DNA of 64,000 nt from Heptranchias perlo (taxonomy: Eukaryota). Under the pieces are notes generated by a model. It worked only from the letters and a program-made list of their open reading frames with translations. It was not told the DNA's origin and did no database searches. The stretch is taken from assembly GCF_035084215.1 (NCBI RefSeq), contig NC_090333.1:72850001-72914000 (forward strand), given 5' to 3'. Positions within the stretch are counted from its first letter, which is position 1. Each line of letters opens with the position of its first letter. The position numbers and the translations under genes were made by a program. This document shows, in pieces, positions 61,693 to 64,000 of this stretch.

Positions 61693-64000
61693 TGCAGGGC
61701 TGTTCAAATTAGCGCAAGTGCATGCATAGATGGCACTGTATGGGGTTATGTGCTTAAAAACTAATTTTTGGAAGCAAAGCAAAAATAGTGCTGTGCTAAA
61801 ATAGAATTGTAAAAGAGTGTGTTGTTATCTAGTGGCAGCTGCAATTTTGTTTGCTTACGTACAGACTTCAGATTCCATGTGTATACAAGGAAGGCCATTG
61901 ATGCACAGCAGAGCCCTGAGACGAGCCTTGATGAAATCCCAAAGTGAAATCCAAATAATTGTTTCAGAGACCTGTCTTCAGCCTATATTAGCTATTTACG
62001 GTAAAATCCAGGATGATGATGGTTATTGTTTGTGGTTCCAGAAAATCACGAACAAGGGGAATAAATACAATGCTCTTTATGATCACTGGTGAGTAGTGGT
62101 GTGAGCTAATCTAAAAACTCTGAATTTTGGGCCATTATTTGGACAGGCTATTTAATGGAGGTTTCCATTTTTCGCTTAAGTGGTTGAAGCCTGGATTTTA
62201 TCAATGCGTGTGATCAGTTTAGATGACTTACTGAATATCCACGAGTTAGAAACTTTAAAAGGAACTGATGAATAGCTAAGCATGGAATAATTTCAAATAA
62301 TTGTGGCTTTTTTTCCTCTCCTCACGCGCGTCGAAGAGAAGTACTTTGGATTGTCAATGCCACAAAATGGTTCTTCTCTAAGGAGATATTCAGAAGTTAT
62401 ATCTCATGAAATAATGTGATTATTATTATTTTTTAATTCATTAACTACATTCCTTGAAATATAGTCTGTTCTAGTGGTAGCTTACAGTTGTAGTTGTCAG
62501 TACCCGGATCAGAAAGTTAATTAACTGCCTTGACAGATAAATAGTGGTAATATAGAAGAAACTCCGATAGTTTGTTTTCTCACATTTAAAATGCCCAGAG
62601 AATAATAACTGTGTTGATGAGGTTGAATTGTTTAGTCAGGGATGTCTGTGATGCAGTATTATTTAAGTACACCCTCAAGATTTAAGCCAAGGCAGAGGTA
62701 AGAATGTTTCAGTTGCTCTCAGTGCTCATGTGGGGCGAGGGAGGGGGGAAATCAGCCTGAGCTCCCATTCCTGTTGGCTATCCAGTGACTGCTGCTGAAA
62801 GTGTGCATGTGGGCACATTGTAGACTTCTGGTCAGGATTGACTCAGGCTTTTTTATGGTGCGCCCCATAGTCACACAGCCTGATGAAACTCAGCATTTGA
62901 GCTCACATGGACGAGATTACCCGCAGCCATTAAACTAACCTCTGCATGAATCTACATCCTCAGCAAAGGAGGAGGGAAAATGTACTATTTCTTTTAGATC
63001 TTAGCTCCAATGAAGGTCTGTTGTCCAATTTTCATGTAACAGCGAAGGTGTAATTTCACTTGCAACACAGAAGTCAGTAAAAGGACCACAAGCGGTGATC
63101 AGTAATACCAAGGTAATTAATCTTTCAAAGGAAACATTGTATGATATACTATAATTAATTTTGTGTGCAATGGATCAAAATACATTTTCCAACACCTCTC
63201 TCTGAAACTGAGACCTCTACCCCCTGATATGCCAGCTAGCATGGAAAAGGACCGTATAGATAGTAATGGTATTTCTTAGTATACAGTGCATTGTATCGTG
63301 CAGGTATATCACACATTCAAAGGAGAATCACAGCACACAGAGTAGACCACAGATAAATTGGAGAAATAGTTTTTCTATGCACCGTATAATGGGCAGGAAG
63401 AATGTATTGGGAGAAAATAGAGTGTGCTTTGTTGTCTCCCTGTGCTCTCGTTCGCTCTTGACTAAAGTGTAACAGCAGTGATGACTCGAGCAGGGCAATG
63501 AAGGTTGAAAATAATAATTATAATACATAATTGCAATGTTTTGGAAGATTAATTAGATTGTAATTGTTGATTGCTACTTGCTGCCCCTTTAGCCAGTGTG
63601 GTATGGACGAGAGTGAATGTGTCTGCAGAATCTTACTTATACTTTTGTAAAACACTGGAACAAACTCCTCTGATACTGGAAAATAGCATTAAACCAACTC
63701 AGTGGTAGTTTTGTGTTTTATGCATTGCACATCGTGAGTTTTTATGTATCTTATGCCATTTGTAGGATTTATGGATGCACATACTATATCATATTGCAAA
63801 CTTAAATATTCTCGTATAATCACAGATCTTCCATGCATTTCTCAGTGAGAATTAGAGGACACAGGATTTTTTTAAAATCCAAACATTGTACCATACAACA
63901 CACAATGTATCAAGTCATTATTTTACCTAACAGCATACAGTGCTTTCTCAAGAGTTGATGCCTGGTGGAATTGATTCCTGGGATGAGAAAGTTGTCCTAT

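Noticed and set aside
1-64000. CRISPR arrays, operons or other prokaryotic systems
   Set aside because: The sequence is vertebrate intronic DNA with no regularly spaced repeats. The remaining short ORFs are antisense or alternative frames of repeats, or chance ORFs.

Overview
This is vertebrate genomic DNA, most likely from a cartilaginous fish (inferred from the CR1/HER1-type LINEs, Deu-domain SINEs and the ASTN1 exon sequence). The only host coding sequence I can support is one 394-nt internal exon of astrotactin-1 (ASTN1, + strand, 33594-33987), so the rest appears intronic. Transposable elements are dense and nested. They include about 14 LINE fragments and six co-oriented PIF/Harbinger elements (12-bp TIRs, 3-bp TSDs), five of which retain decayed Myb/SANT and transposase genes. 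There are also five Penelope-like insertions carrying minimal hammerhead ribozyme motifs with compensatory base changes between copies, several SINEs and MITEs, and a full-length initiator tRNA-Met fused through its Pol III trailer to a young CR1 copy. The most interesting signals are the pre-tRNA-iMet/CR1 chimera, the 130-210 nt hammerhead-bearing mini-elements (two with perfect 12-bp TSDs), and the Harbinger deletion series. Everything was read by eye; boundaries of old, degraded repeats are approximate.
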